Shown in pieces: positions 37,693 through 46,727 of a stretch of DNA of 64,000 bases. Within the stretch, counting starts at the first letter, position 1. The number at the start of each line of letters is the position of its first letter. Under the pieces are notes generated by a model. The model was not told where the DNA came from and made no database searches. It worked only from the letters and a program-made list of their open reading frames with translations. Position numbers and translations under genes: made by a program. The DNA is taken from positions 3,074 to 67,073 of IMG/VR virus record IMGVR_UViG_3300025788_000001. The stretch is one strand, 5' to 3'. This DNA is from a virus.

Positions 37693-38604
37693 ATGGCTAT
37701 TTCACGTTCACAGCTCTTAAAAGAGTTACTCCCAGGACTAAACGCGTTGTTCGGTTTAGAGTACAAGCGCTATGGCGAAGAGCATAAAGAAATTTATGAC
37801 ATCGAAGCCTCTGAGCGTTCATTTGAAGAAGAGACAAAACTGTCTGGTTTCTCGGCTGCTCCAGTCAAGAACGAAGGCGGTGCAATTTCTTACGATAATG
37901 CACAAGAAGCTTTTACAGCTCGCTACTCACACGAAACTATCGCTTTGGGTTTCTCAATCACTGAAGAAGCGATTGAAGATAACTTGTATGACTCATTGTC
38001 TGCTCGTTACACCAAAGCATTGGCTCGCGCTATGTCTTACACCAAGCAAGTTAAAGGTGCTTCTGTATTGAATAACGGTTTCTCATCTAGCTACCTCGGT
38101 GGCGATGGCGTTGCATTGTTCTCTACAGCTCATCCATTGGTAAACGGTGGTACAAACAGCAATACTGTTGCTACCCCTGTTGATTTGAACGAGACTTCTT
38201 TGGAAGCCGCAACAATTCAAATCGCTGCCTGGACTGATGAGCGCGGTCTCTTGATCGCTGCTAAGCCACGCAAACTGGTGATCCCACCTGCTTTGATGTT
38301 CGTTGCTACTCGTCTGTTGGAAACTAACCTCCGTGTTGGTACAAACAACAACGATATCAATGCATTGAAAAACAATGGCACAATCCCAGAAGGCTACGCT
38401 GTTAACCACTTCTTGACCGATACAAACGCATGGTTTATTTTGACCGACGTTCCAAACGGCCTGAAAATGTTTGAGCGTACACCACTCCAGAATTCTATGG
38501 ATGGTGACTTCGATACTGGTAACGTTCGTTACAAGTCTCGTGAGCGTTACAGCTTCGGTTGGTCCGATCCCCTCGGAGCATGGGGCTCAAGCGGTTCATT
38601 CTAA
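37693..38604 (+). CDS. Major capsid protein
   Basis: 303 aa, K.EGG.I.YD, GDG..LFS..HP; codon use suggesting high expression; followed by a terminator. Confidence 0.85.
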   Translation: MAISRSQLLKELLPGLNALFGLEYKRYGEEHKEIYDIEASERSFEEETKLSGFSAAPVKNEGGAISYDNAQEAFTARYSHETIALGFSITEEAIEDNLYDSLSARYTKALARAMSYTKQVKGASVLNNGFSSSYLGGDGVALFSTAHPLVNGGTNSNTVATPVDLNETSLEAATIQIAAWTDERGLLIAAKPRKLVIPPALMFVATRLLETNLRVGTNNNDINALKNNGTIPEGYAVNHFLTDTNAWFILTDVPNGLKMFERTPLQNSMDGDFDTGNVRYKSRERYSFGWSDPLGAWGSSGSF

Positions 38605-38620
38605 TCTGAATGTACCCAAT

Positions 38621-38652
38621 AAAAACCCCCGCTCACAAGGCGGGGGTTTTTT
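38621..38652. terminator. Bidirectional intrinsic terminator
   Basis: AAAAACCCCCGC-loop-GCGGGGGTTTTTT between convergent genes. Confidence 0.85.
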
Positions 38653-38983
38653 CATTGTAATGAAGCTTCCTGTGGCAGTTCGAACACAGCACAATACATT
38701 TTTTAATTTCTTTGTAGGCTTTGGTAAACATCTTGGAACTAATTAGAGCACTTACTTCATACTCTTTTTCGCTTGGGTCTATATGGTGAAAATCCATACA
38801 GGCTATGTGGTTCTCCTTACACCGTGCGCAATGCAGACTCCCCTTGAATAGGTCCCACTTCTCCTTACCCCGCTTGGAATACTTAGTAGTAGCCTCTATT
38901 ATCTTTTCTTTATTCTTCTCATAGTGCTTGCGGCTCTGCAGCTTATGGTATGCCTTCTTAACTTCTGGATCTTTATAGGGCAT
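38633..38983 (-). CDS. HNH endonuclease
   Basis: CARC..DFHHIDP..CIVLCSNCH...H. Confidence 0.8.
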   Translation of the reverse strand: MPYKDPEVKKAYHKLQSRKHYEKNKEKIIEATTKYSKRGKEKWDLFKGSLHCARCKENHIACMDFHHIDPSEKEYEVSALISSKMFTKAYKEIKKCIVLCSNCHRKLHYNEKTPAL

Positions 38984-39410
38984 TTTTGTCGTCTAGGGAG
39001 TAAGTTTTAATTGGTTCGTGGCTATTTACGTCTACATTACACGCCCATTTAACTGCTTCTTCTGCGGGTAAACCCATACGCATACATACTTCGGCGGCCA
39101 TAGCCCCACTACCAATAGCCATAAAAGTCCTAACTCTTTCCCATTCAAGGTCATCCCCGCATGAAAAAAGGCCTTCTTTAGTCAGTTTTAAAAAAGAGCT
39201 GTCGGATTTTAGCTTTGGTTTTGTTTTGTTTTTCTTGTTTAGGTAGTCCAGCACTTTCTCAGCATCGCAGTAATTACCTGCAACCCCCAGCCAGCCGCCG
39301 TCTATAGCAAATATCTTGTCTTCAAAATATTTAATACCAGCATCGCTATCTGTAAACTGGCTGTCCGCAACCAGTATTTTATTATTCCAGTCACCCACAA
39401 TAGTAGTCAT
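38973..39410 (-). CDS. Ntn-hydrolase, proteasome/HslV-like protein
   Basis: N-terminal MTT, ADSQ, K, GVAG, AIGSG, D.NS. Confidence 0.7.
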   Translation of the reverse strand: MTTIVGDWNNKILVADSQFTDSDAGIKYFEDKIFAIDGGWLGVAGNYCDAEKVLDYLNKKNKTKPKLKSDSSFLKLTKEGLFSCGDDLEWERVRTFMAIGSGAMAAEVCMRMGLPAEEAVKWACNVDVNSHEPIKTYSLDDKNAL

Positions 39411-39553
39411 TTTGTTGCCAATAAGTAGAGACCTACGTTAGAAAAAGCATATCCGCTATATACCACCGCCATAGCCAAGTTACCTTTTACGCCCTGTTCA
39501 CAGGCGATGTATCCGTATATTAGCCCAGTCACTATGATAAGCCAGGAGCTCAT
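39407..39553 (-). CDS. Small membrane protein (48 aa, not in ORF track)
   Basis: MSSWLIIVTGLIYGYIACEQGVKGNLAMAVVYSGYAFSNVGLYLLATK. Confidence 0.6.
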   Translation of the reverse strand: MSSWLIIVTGLIYGYIACEQGVKGNLAMAVVYSGYAFSNVGLYLLATK

Positions 39554-39598
39554 TGGGTTCCTTTCGTTTTTTGAAGTATACCGATTTTACTAAAATAA

Positions 39599-39626
39599 TT
39601 GCACAAATCGTAAAATAGTGTAGAAT
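39599..39626 (+). promoter_or_regulatory. Sigma70-like promoter
   Basis: TTGCAC-16 bp-TAGAAT, restarting plus-strand transcription. Confidence 0.6.
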
Positions 39627-39634
39627 TACAACAA

Positions 39635-39702
39635 CTGGGTAATACTTATACCGGACTGTCCCAGCAGACGATGCAACGATTGGTATAAGTGAACTTTTGC
39701 AT
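39635..39702 (+). ncRNA. Candidate pseudoknotted 5' leader RNA
   Basis: Interleaved pairings CTGGG/CCCAG, ACTTATACC/GGTATAAGT and ATGCAA/TTGCAT, ending next to the SD. Confidence 0.4.
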
Positions 39703-39714
39703 AGGAAATATATT

Positions 39715-40425
39715 ATGTCACGCGCAACTTTTGAAGGTCCAATTTTATCTGGCGACAACCGTTTTGGCCCACTACGTAACGTAGGTTCGGCTCGTTTATC
39801 ACAAAATGCTGTTGTTGACTACTCTGTAACTACCGGTAATGGTACTTCTTTCTACCCTGGTGCAGCGCAGCAATTTGTTAATGGTAATCAGTTATCTTCT
39901 GATGCTAACGTAAATGCTACTGTTTACACACCATCATCTTCTGTTTACCCATCAGTAGTCGCTACTATACCTGCCGACTCTGGTACAAATATCTATCGTG
40001 GCGCTGTAGCATATCTTCCAGCTGGCTCGCAGATTGAATCAATCGTGGTTGATTATTTAACTGCTATTACTGTCGGTAATGCTAGCTTAAGCGCAGTTAA
40101 CATCTACGTTTCAAACGGCTATACAGCAGCTGCAGGAACACCTGCTTACGCTACTATTGCTTTGGGTACAACAACTGTTGGTACTGTAGGTCGTCAAACA
40201 ACTACATATTCTGCAGCTAACTTACTTAATATGACTTCTACATCGACTGATATTTTGCAAGGCCAACAGCCTGCAGCTTTATCACAAGTTGTATTTACCT
40301 TGTCTATCGTCGGTGTTACGCTTACTACTTTGACTGCTGGTAAGTTTAACTTTGACGTTAACTACGTACAATCTGACGGTTCATTAGGTACTAAGACTGT
40401 ATATCCATTCGGTAACGCTGACTAA
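39715..40425 (+). CDS. Virion structural protein
   Basis: MSRATFEGP start, T/S/G-rich beta protein, followed by a terminator. Confidence 0.65.
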   Translation: MSRATFEGPILSGDNRFGPLRNVGSARLSQNAVVDYSVTTGNGTSFYPGAAQQFVNGNQLSSDANVNATVYTPSSSVYPSVVATIPADSGTNIYRGAVAYLPAGSQIESIVVDYLTAITVGNASLSAVNIYVSNGYTAAAGTPAYATIALGTTTVGTVGRQTTTYSAANLLNMTSTSTDILQGQQPAALSQVVFTLSIVGVTLTTLTAGKFNFDVNYVQSDGSLGTKTVYPFGNAD

Positions 40426-40433
40426 TTAATCCC

Positions 40434-40455
40434 GGGGGGTTTCGGCCCCCTTTTT
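40434..40455 (+). terminator. Intrinsic terminator
   Basis: G-run, TTCG loop, C-run, then TTTTT. Confidence 0.7.
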
Positions 40456-40474
40456 AAAATTTAGGAGATTAATT

Positions 40475-40981
40475 ATGACAATTCAATATGATGTAAAAAC
40501 CTCGCACCTTAGTGGTACAGGCCTTATGGTTTCGGGGCGTGTTCGCCTTAAAAACCTTATTTATTTAGGTACTGGTACTGCTGGTGGTGTTGACCTTTTT
40601 GATACAACAACCGCTCCTGTAACAGCTACTTATGCTCGTTCTGGATATACAGTTACAGTAACGTCTACAGCGCATGGTTTAGTAACAGGCCAAAATATTG
40701 GTATTACTTTTTCAGCAGCTTCTAGTGTTTCTGCAACTGCCGGTAATTATGTTGTAACTAAACTTACCAATGATACGTTTACCATTACAGACCTTAATAC
40801 TGGTACTATTGCTGGTGGTACAGCGTGCATATTTTCAACTGGTAAATGGTTAGCTGGCTACAATACTAGTACTGGTGTTCAACCATTTCAAGCCATTATT
40901 CCGGGTGAAGGCGTTTTAGCCCAGACTGGTATTTATGCGGTTGTAACTAACATAGTGTTTCAAACAGTTACTTATGGCTAA
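40475..40981 (+). CDS. Virion structural protein with inserted beta domain
   Basis: VTVTSTAHGLVTGQ..YVVTKLTNDTFTI insert. Confidence 0.6.
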   Translation: MTIQYDVKTSHLSGTGLMVSGRVRLKNLIYLGTGTAGGVDLFDTTTAPVTATYARSGYTVTVTSTAHGLVTGQNIGITFSAASSVSATAGNYVVTKLTNDTFTITDLNTGTIAGGTACIFSTGKWLAGYNTSTGVQPFQAIIPGEGVLAQTGIYAVVTNIVFQTVTYG

Positions 40982-41231
40982 GAAGACCCCCTCTCTCGCT
41001 ATTGGTAGAGGCGAAAAACTCCCTGTTTCTAAGGGGGCTGGTCTTACTGCAAAGGGTCGCCAAAAATATAATGCAGCTACTGGCTCGAATTTAAAAGCAC
41101 CACAACCTGAAGGTGGGGCTAGGAAGAAGTCATTCTGCGCTCGTATGTCTGGTATGCCCGGACCAATGAAAGACGAAAACGGCAAACCTACTCGTAAGGC
41201 AGCTAGTTTAAAACGGTGGGCTTGCAAATGA
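40974..41231 (+). CDS. Small basic protein (DUF6321-like)
   Basis: GLTAKGR..RKKSFCARMSGM..LKRWAC. Confidence 0.65.
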   Translation: MAKKTPSLAIGRGEKLPVSKGAGLTAKGRQKYNAATGSNLKAPQPEGGARKKSFCARMSGMPGPMKDENGKPTRKAASLKRWACK

Positions 41232-41476
41232 GCGCAATGGATCCAATTACAACAGCTAGAGAACTGGCTACTCACGCCAACGACATTCAACACCTACAGG
41301 GCGATATGGATAAAATGGTCGATGAGATGAAGCAAATTAAAGAAGCCGTTCAGGCTATCCAAAAGACGCTTGCAGAAGCGCACGGTGGTTGGAGGTTGTT
41401 ACTTGGTGTAGGAGGCGCTGCAGCTTTAATTGGCGCTATTATGGCAAACTTGTTTCAAGGATTTTGGAGTAAATAA
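41228..41476 (+). CDS. Coiled-coil protein with C-terminal TM (XhlA/holin-like)
   Basis: Coiled coil followed by GGWRLLLGVGGAAALIGAIM. Confidence 0.6.
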   Translation: MSAMDPITTARELATHANDIQHLQGDMDKMVDEMKQIKEAVQAIQKTLAEAHGGWRLLLGVGGAAALIGAIMANLFQGFWSK

Positions 41477-41862
41477 TGGCTAAAAATGGATATGACCAAA
41501 CCTACGAAGATGACCGTAGGGAGAATAAAGAAACAGCGGATTTGCTCCCCCGTGCTGGTCGCGCTATAGTAAAGATGGCAAAAACTAAAGCACCCGAAGG
41601 GTCTACACCTACACCAGAAAGCCCAGCTCCTGGTATGAAAAAAGGCGGAAAAGTTATGGAAAAAGAATCTAAGTCAGAAGAGCGCGTGGAAGAGTCGAAA
41701 GACAAAAAGCAAGATGTCGCCATGATTAAGAAAGCGTTTAAAGAGCATGATGCTCAAGAACATAAAGGCGGTAAGGGAACTAAAATCTCCCTTAAAGCTG
41801 GCGGTAAAGTAAGAGGTTGTGGTATCGCTCAACGTGGTTTAACTAAAGGAAAAGTATTATGA
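41476..41862 (+). CDS. Small basic protein with KxGG motifs
   Basis: MKKGGKV, LKAGGKVRGCGIAQRG. Confidence 0.6.
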   Translation: MAKNGYDQTYEDDRRENKETADLLPRAGRAIVKMAKTKAPEGSTPTPESPAPGMKKGGKVMEKESKSEERVEESKDKKQDVAMIKKAFKEHDAQEHKGGKGTKISLKAGGKVRGCGIAQRGLTKGKVL

Positions 41863-42065
41863 AAGAGACAATGGGACCAAAAACTATGGCTAAAGATGTG
41901 GAGAAGTTTCCTCAGTTTGAAAGCCACGATGCTGCTACAACTAAACACGGCGCAGGGCATTTGCCACACCACAAGTTCTTCCAAGAGCACAAAGCTGGCC
42001 ATGACGTTCATACTGAAGCTGTTCAGAAGTTCTGTGGCGGCGGTATGGGCAAGAAAAGCAAGTAA
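41859..42065 (+). CDS. Small His-rich protein
   Basis: Ends FCGGGMGKKSK. Confidence 0.55.
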   Translation: MKETMGPKTMAKDVEKFPQFESHDAATTKHGAGHLPHHKFFQEHKAGHDVHTEAVQKFCGGGMGKKSK

Positions 42066-42325
42066 TGAGAGCGTCTCGCGGTATGGGTGATATAAACCCT
42101 GCTAAAGAACCAAAGGCCAAGAAGTCTGCAGTCCTGATGAAGGAAGGCGGAAAAACAAATTGGATCGCGGGAGCTATCAAGAAACCTGGTGCTTTACATA
42201 AAGCTTTGGGTGTACCAGAAGGTGAAAAGATTCCGTCTAGCAAACTGGCTGCAGCTGCAAAAAAACCCGGCAAGATGGGTAAGCGCAGTAGGCTTGCGGA
42301 AACCTTAAAAGGGTTTAAAAAATAA
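42065..42325 (+). CDS. Small basic protein
   Basis: MRASRGMG..MKEGG..WIAGAIKKPGALHKALGV. Confidence 0.6.
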   Translation: MRASRGMGDINPAKEPKAKKSAVLMKEGGKTNWIAGAIKKPGALHKALGVPEGEKIPSSKLAAAAKKPGKMGKRSRLAETLKGFKK

Positions 42326-43266
42326 TGACGACATCAGCCTTAACAACAGGCACAACACTCTTTAACCTAGACTTAAATGATCTCGTAGAAGAGGCGTTTG
42401 AGCGTTGTGGCAGTGAGCTACGTACTGGATACGACTTCCGTACTGCTCGCCGTTCTTTAAACTTGTTGACGGTTGAGTGGGCTAACCGCGGTATTAACAT
42501 GTGGACTATTGAGCAGGGAACAATTAACCTGAATCAAGGCCAGAATACCTACGCATTACCTACTGACACCATTGACTTACTGGAGCACCAGATTCGCACA
42601 CAAGCTAACAGTGCGGCTAACCAAACGGATATAACCATATCTAGAATTAGCGTATCTACATACGCCACTATCCCAAACAAACTAGCGCAAGGGCGGCCGA
42701 TTCAAGTTTGGATTCAACGTATGTCTGGCCAGTCTAACGACTCCGCATACCAGCTTGCTGGGGCTATTTCTTCTACTGATACAACGCTTACTTTAACAAG
42801 CACAACTAATCTGGCAGCAGCCGGTTTTATTCAAATTGACAATGAGATCATCGCCTACGGCTATGTATCTGGAAACACGCTAGGTTTCTGTGCTCGTGGT
42901 CAAGCGAATACAACTGCGGTATCCCATAGTTCCGGGGCAGAAGTTTATGTTCAGAACCTACCCGCAGTTACCGTCTGGCCTACACCAGACGGTTCACAAC
43001 CATACCAATTCGTGTACTGGCGTTTACGTCGTATTCAAGATGCTGGAAATGGTGTAAATATTCAAGACATTCCGTTCCGGTTTGTTAACTGCCTAGTGGC
43101 TGGATTGGCTTACTATTTATCTATCAAACTTCCTGGTGTTGACCCTCAACGGGTCGCTGGTTTAAAAGCTGATTACGAACAACAGTTCCAGCTAGCCTCC
43201 GAAGAAGATAGAGAAAAAGCCCCTATTCGGTTTGTTCCCCGCAGGATGTTTATTGGGGGTTACTAA
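42325..43266 (+). CDS. Head-tail adaptor/tail tubular-type protein
   Basis: EEAFERCG..ARRSLNLL..WANRG..GLAYYL; internal beta insert. Confidence 0.65.
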   Translation: MTTSALTTGTTLFNLDLNDLVEEAFERCGSELRTGYDFRTARRSLNLLTVEWANRGINMWTIEQGTINLNQGQNTYALPTDTIDLLEHQIRTQANSAANQTDITISRISVSTYATIPNKLAQGRPIQVWIQRMSGQSNDSAYQLAGAISSTDTTLTLTSTTNLAAAGFIQIDNEIIAYGYVSGNTLGFCARGQANTTAVSHSSGAEVYVQNLPAVTVWPTPDGSQPYQFVYWRLRRIQDAGNGVNIQDIPFRFVNCLVAGLAYYLSIKLPGVDPQRVAGLKADYEQQFQLASEEDREKAPIRFVPRRMFIGGY

Positions 43267-43643
43267 TGCCTAATAAGTTTGCTTCCGGTAAGTTTGCAAT
43301 TGCAGAGTGTGATCGGTGCGCATTTAGATATAAGTTGGTTGAGCTTCGTACTGAGATTATTAAGACAAAACCCTACCAGCTAAAAGTATGTAATACCTGT
43401 TGGGACCCTGATCAACCTCAGTTACAATTAGGGATGGTGCCTGTAAATGACCCACAAGCTGTACGGGAACCGAGACGGGATTTAAGTTATGTACAGTCTG
43501 GTTTGACGGCTTATGGATATCAAGCTGGCGGAAGTCGAGATACGCAGTGGGGTTGGGCTCCTGTAGGTCAGGGGTATGACTACAATGAAACGCCGAATTA
43601 TTTGGTTGGGCAAGGGCAAGTAGGAACAGTAACAATTAACTAG
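43266..43643 (+). CDS. Zn-ribbon protein of the structural module
   Basis: CDRC..CNTC..DPQAV..PR. Confidence 0.65.
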   Translation: MPNKFASGKFAIAECDRCAFRYKLVELRTEIIKTKPYQLKVCNTCWDPDQPQLQLGMVPVNDPQAVREPRRDLSYVQSGLTAYGYQAGGSRDTQWGWAPVGQGYDYNETPNYLVGQGQVGTVTIN

Positions 43644-43652
43644 GAGCAGGAC

Positions 43653-43847
43653 ATGGGATATAAAAGCGCAGCCGACGGAATTACACATAAGGGCAAAACT
43701 AAAGGTAAAAACCTTGGCGATGCTGGCTCACACGTTGGCGTTGAGATGGGCAAAAAAGTCGGTAAAGGTATTGCTGGCGGTAAAACTAACGACGACATGA
43801 AAGCAATTGGTCGTAACGAAGCTAAAATTAAAGCTAACGGGAAATAA
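43653..43847 (+). CDS. Small basic protein
   Basis: ADGITHKGKTKGK; AGGA RBS. Confidence 0.55.
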   Translation: MGYKSAADGITHKGKTKGKNLGDAGSHVGVEMGKKVGKGIAGGKTNDDMKAIGRNEAKIKANGK

Positions 43848-43849
43848 TC

Positions 43850-44074
43850 ATGGCAAATAATAAACCAGCTAATAAATACGCACAGCCTCATGGCGTTCTT
43901 GAAAAGCTTCCTGCCATGTCAGAAGAAAAAGGCGCTAAGTACATGGACGAGATGAATATCTCTTTGGGTAATATCAGCAAAGATAACTACAAGCCTACTA
44001 AGACTTCTGGTATTGAAATGCGCGGCGGTAAAGCTCAGACTAAAGGCAAAATGTCACGTGGGCCAATGGCTTAA
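43850..44074 (+). CDS. Small basic protein
   Basis: Ends GIEMRGGKAQTKGKMSRGPMA. Confidence 0.6.
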   Translation: MANNKPANKYAQPHGVLEKLPAMSEEKGAKYMDEMNISLGNISKDNYKPTKTSGIEMRGGKAQTKGKMSRGPMA

Positions 44075-44086
44075 GGGTAAACCCTA

Positions 44087-45070
44087 ATGAACTATGTTCA
44101 GCTTTATCAGGCAATACAAGACTACGCAGAGAATACTGAGTCGCTATTTGTAAATAACATTCCTCGCTTTGTGCAGGAGGCCGAAGACCGTGTGTATAAT
44201 TCGGTTCAAATTCCGTCTTTGCGTAAGAATGTTACTGGTACGCTGACTTCTGGTAATCAATATTTATCGGCTCCAAACGACTATTTATCTACGTACTCCT
44301 TAGCTGTTATTGACTCAAGTGGTAACTACAAGTATTTACTTAATAAAGACGTTAACTTTTTGCGAGAAGCATACCCAGGCGTTGCTTCTAATGGTACTAC
44401 CTATCAGGGTACACCAGGCGGGGTTCCTAAGTATTATGCGTTATTTGGGTCACAATATAGTAGTGCTAATGAACTAAGTTTTATCATGGCACCAACGCCA
44501 GATAGCAACTACACAGCTGAACTGCACTATTACTACTACCCAGTCTCTATTGTTCAGGGTGCGTTGCCTATTAATTCACCAAATAATGCTGTACCAGCCG
44601 GTTCTATTACTACTACTGGTTCTGGCTACACAAACGGTTTTTATGCAAATATTCCATTGACTGCTAACACAGGTTCAGGTTCTGGGGCTACGGCTAACAT
44701 TACAGTGTCTGGCAACGTAGTCACTTCTGTGGCTATCACTAATGGCGGTAATTTTTATTCCGTTGGCGATACCTTGACTTGTTCTGGTAGCTACCTTGGC
44801 AATACTAACGCCACTCCTTTTGTCTATACTATATCCTTGGTCAATAACTCAACTGGTGAAAGCTGGCTTGGAGATAACTACGACCCCGTATTGTTCTACG
44901 GCTCGTTAAGAGAAGCAGCAATCTTTATGAAAGCTGAAGCGGATATGGTTGGTTATTACGAAACTAAATACCAAGAAGCCGTTGCGCAAGTTAAACGCCT
45001 TGGCGATGGTTTAGAAAGGAACGACAGTTTTAGGAAAGGGCAGACCAGTCTGCCTTATAATCAGCTATGA
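44087..45070 (+). CDS. Head-tail connector/adaptor with inserted beta domain
   Basis: MNY..L..AIQDY.E..PKYY..PTPD..YGSL.EA..FMK. Confidence 0.65.
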   Translation: MNYVQLYQAIQDYAENTESLFVNNIPRFVQEAEDRVYNSVQIPSLRKNVTGTLTSGNQYLSAPNDYLSTYSLAVIDSSGNYKYLLNKDVNFLREAYPGVASNGTTYQGTPGGVPKYYALFGSQYSSANELSFIMAPTPDSNYTAELHYYYYPVSIVQGALPINSPNNAVPAGSITTTGSGYTNGFYANIPLTANTGSGSGATANITVSGNVVTSVAITNGGNFYSVGDTLTCSGSYLGNTNATPFVYTISLVNNSTGESWLGDNYDPVLFYGSLREAAIFMKAEADMVGYYETKYQEAVAQVKRLGDGLERNDSFRKGQTSLPYNQL

Positions 45071-45675
45071 TAAAAACTTGCTGTACTTGTAAAATAGCTA
45101 AAGAAATATCAGAATTTCATTCTGGGGCTAGACGCTGTAAACCTTGCGCTATTATTGCAGCTAAAGAAAGCTACACTAAAAATAAAATTAAAATAAGTTT
45201 AGAAGCTAAAAATCCAACAAAAAAAGAATACACTAACGCCCTACGTAGGGCAAGATACGCAAAAAATTCTACCAATATACTTGCACGTAATAAAGCTTGG
45301 AAAAATAATAACCCAGAAAAAACGTCTTTATCGGTTAGTAATTGGCAAAAGAAAAACCCGAAAAAATGTTCTGCAAATACAAAAAAATGGGCGCAAGCAA
45401 ATAAAGGTATTGTAAATGCAAGAACTCGAATGTACCAATTAGCTAAGTTAAACCGTACTCCAGCATGGCTTACAGATATTGACCGTGAACGTATTCAAAA
45501 TGAGTATAAACTAGCTGAAATTCTTAGAAAAGTAACAAATCAGCAATGGCATGTTGACCATATAATCCCGCTTCAAGGTAAAATAGTGTCTGGGCTACAT
45601 GTACCATCTAATTTACAAGTAGTTGTAGCCAAAGAAAACATAGCTAAAAGCAATAAATTTGAGGTTACTTTATGA
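45067..45675 (+). CDS. HNH endonuclease
   Basis: CCTC..CKPC; TPAWL..HVDHIIPLQG..GLHVPSNLQ..N..KSNK. Confidence 0.85.
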   Translation: MIKTCCTCKIAKEISEFHSGARRCKPCAIIAAKESYTKNKIKISLEAKNPTKKEYTNALRRARYAKNSTNILARNKAWKNNNPEKTSLSVSNWQKKNPKKCSANTKKWAQANKGIVNARTRMYQLAKLNRTPAWLTDIDRERIQNEYKLAEILRKVTNQQWHVDHIIPLQGKIVSGLHVPSNLQVVVAKENIAKSNKFEVTL

Positions 45676-46106
45676 TTCAGCAGGGGCAGTGCAACATATT
45701 TAAAACTAATCTTTTAAGTGGGTTAGAGAATTTTGCGGCAGGGACTACTCAAAGTTATAAGCTTGCCCTTTATACAGGCAATGCCAACCTTAATAACACT
45801 ACCACTGCATACAGCACAACCAACGAAATTACTGGCTCTGGGTATACAGCGACTGGAAAGCCACTAACAATTACCCAAGTTCCAGTAGGGGATACTACTA
45901 ATAACACCTCTTATGTGTCTTTTTCTAACGTAACTTGGACTTCAGCTTCCTTTACTGCTAGATGTGCTTTGATATATAATTCAACTACTGGAGCAGCTGT
46001 AGCGGTGTTGGATTTTGGTTCAGATAAGACAAATACAGCAGCAGGTACTTTTACTGTGACTTTTCCAACAGCAACATCAACAACTTCTATTTTAAGAATT
46101 TCCTAG
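45672..46106 (+). CDS. Virion/tail structural protein
   Basis: KLALYT..NEI.GSGY..LIYN..VAVLDFG. Confidence 0.65.
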   Translation: MIQQGQCNIFKTNLLSGLENFAAGTTQSYKLALYTGNANLNNTTTAYSTTNEITGSGYTATGKPLTITQVPVGDTTNNTSYVSFSNVTWTSASFTARCALIYNSTTGAAVAVLDFGSDKTNTAAGTFTVTFPTATSTTSILRIS

Positions 46107-46114
46107 GAATAATC

Positions 46115-46717
46115 ATGCAAATCGAAAAACAAGGTTCAGGCGACAGCGCTTTAGCTACGCTACAAGCAAACGTAACTGTACCCGAAGGTATGGGTATTGA
46201 AGGCAGCTATAACGTAGTATGCCGTGATTCACAAGGCAGTCTGAAATGGGAAGAAGAATTTCCTAACCTAGTCGTAGCTATCGGTAAGCAGTTGATGCTT
46301 GATACCTTTTTGCGTACTTCTGGCACATTTACAACAGTCGGCCCATTCTTGGGATTAATCAGCAATAACACTACGTTTGCCGCCGCTGACACAATGGGTT
46401 CACATACATGGACTGAGTTTACTAACTGCACAGTAGGTGGTTCTGCTGTTCGGGGCACTGCAGTATTCGCTGCTTCTACCTCTACAGGAACTACGCCATC
46501 TAATGTAACTTCATCTACAGCTACTGGTATTACTTATACTATTACTGGCGCTGGTGGTACTGTTTATGGTTGTTTCTTGGTTACAGGTACAGGCGCAGTA
46601 AGCACACAAAGCTCAACTGCTGGTACTTTGTATTCTGAAGGAAACTTTGCTGTAGCTAAAGCTGTTACTGCTGGTGATACTGTTACTGTTACATATAGCA
46701 CTACCGCAACAAGTTAA
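46115..46717 (+). CDS. Virion/tail structural protein
   Basis: WEEEFPNLVV..G; T/G-rich. Confidence 0.6.
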   Translation: MQIEKQGSGDSALATLQANVTVPEGMGIEGSYNVVCRDSQGSLKWEEEFPNLVVAIGKQLMLDTFLRTSGTFTTVGPFLGLISNNTTFAAADTMGSHTWTEFTNCTVGGSAVRGTAVFAASTSTGTTPSNVTSSTATGITYTITGAGGTVYGCFLVTGTGAVSTQSSTAGTLYSEGNFAVAKAVTAGDTVTVTYSTTATS

Positions 46718-46727
46718 GGAGTCTTAA

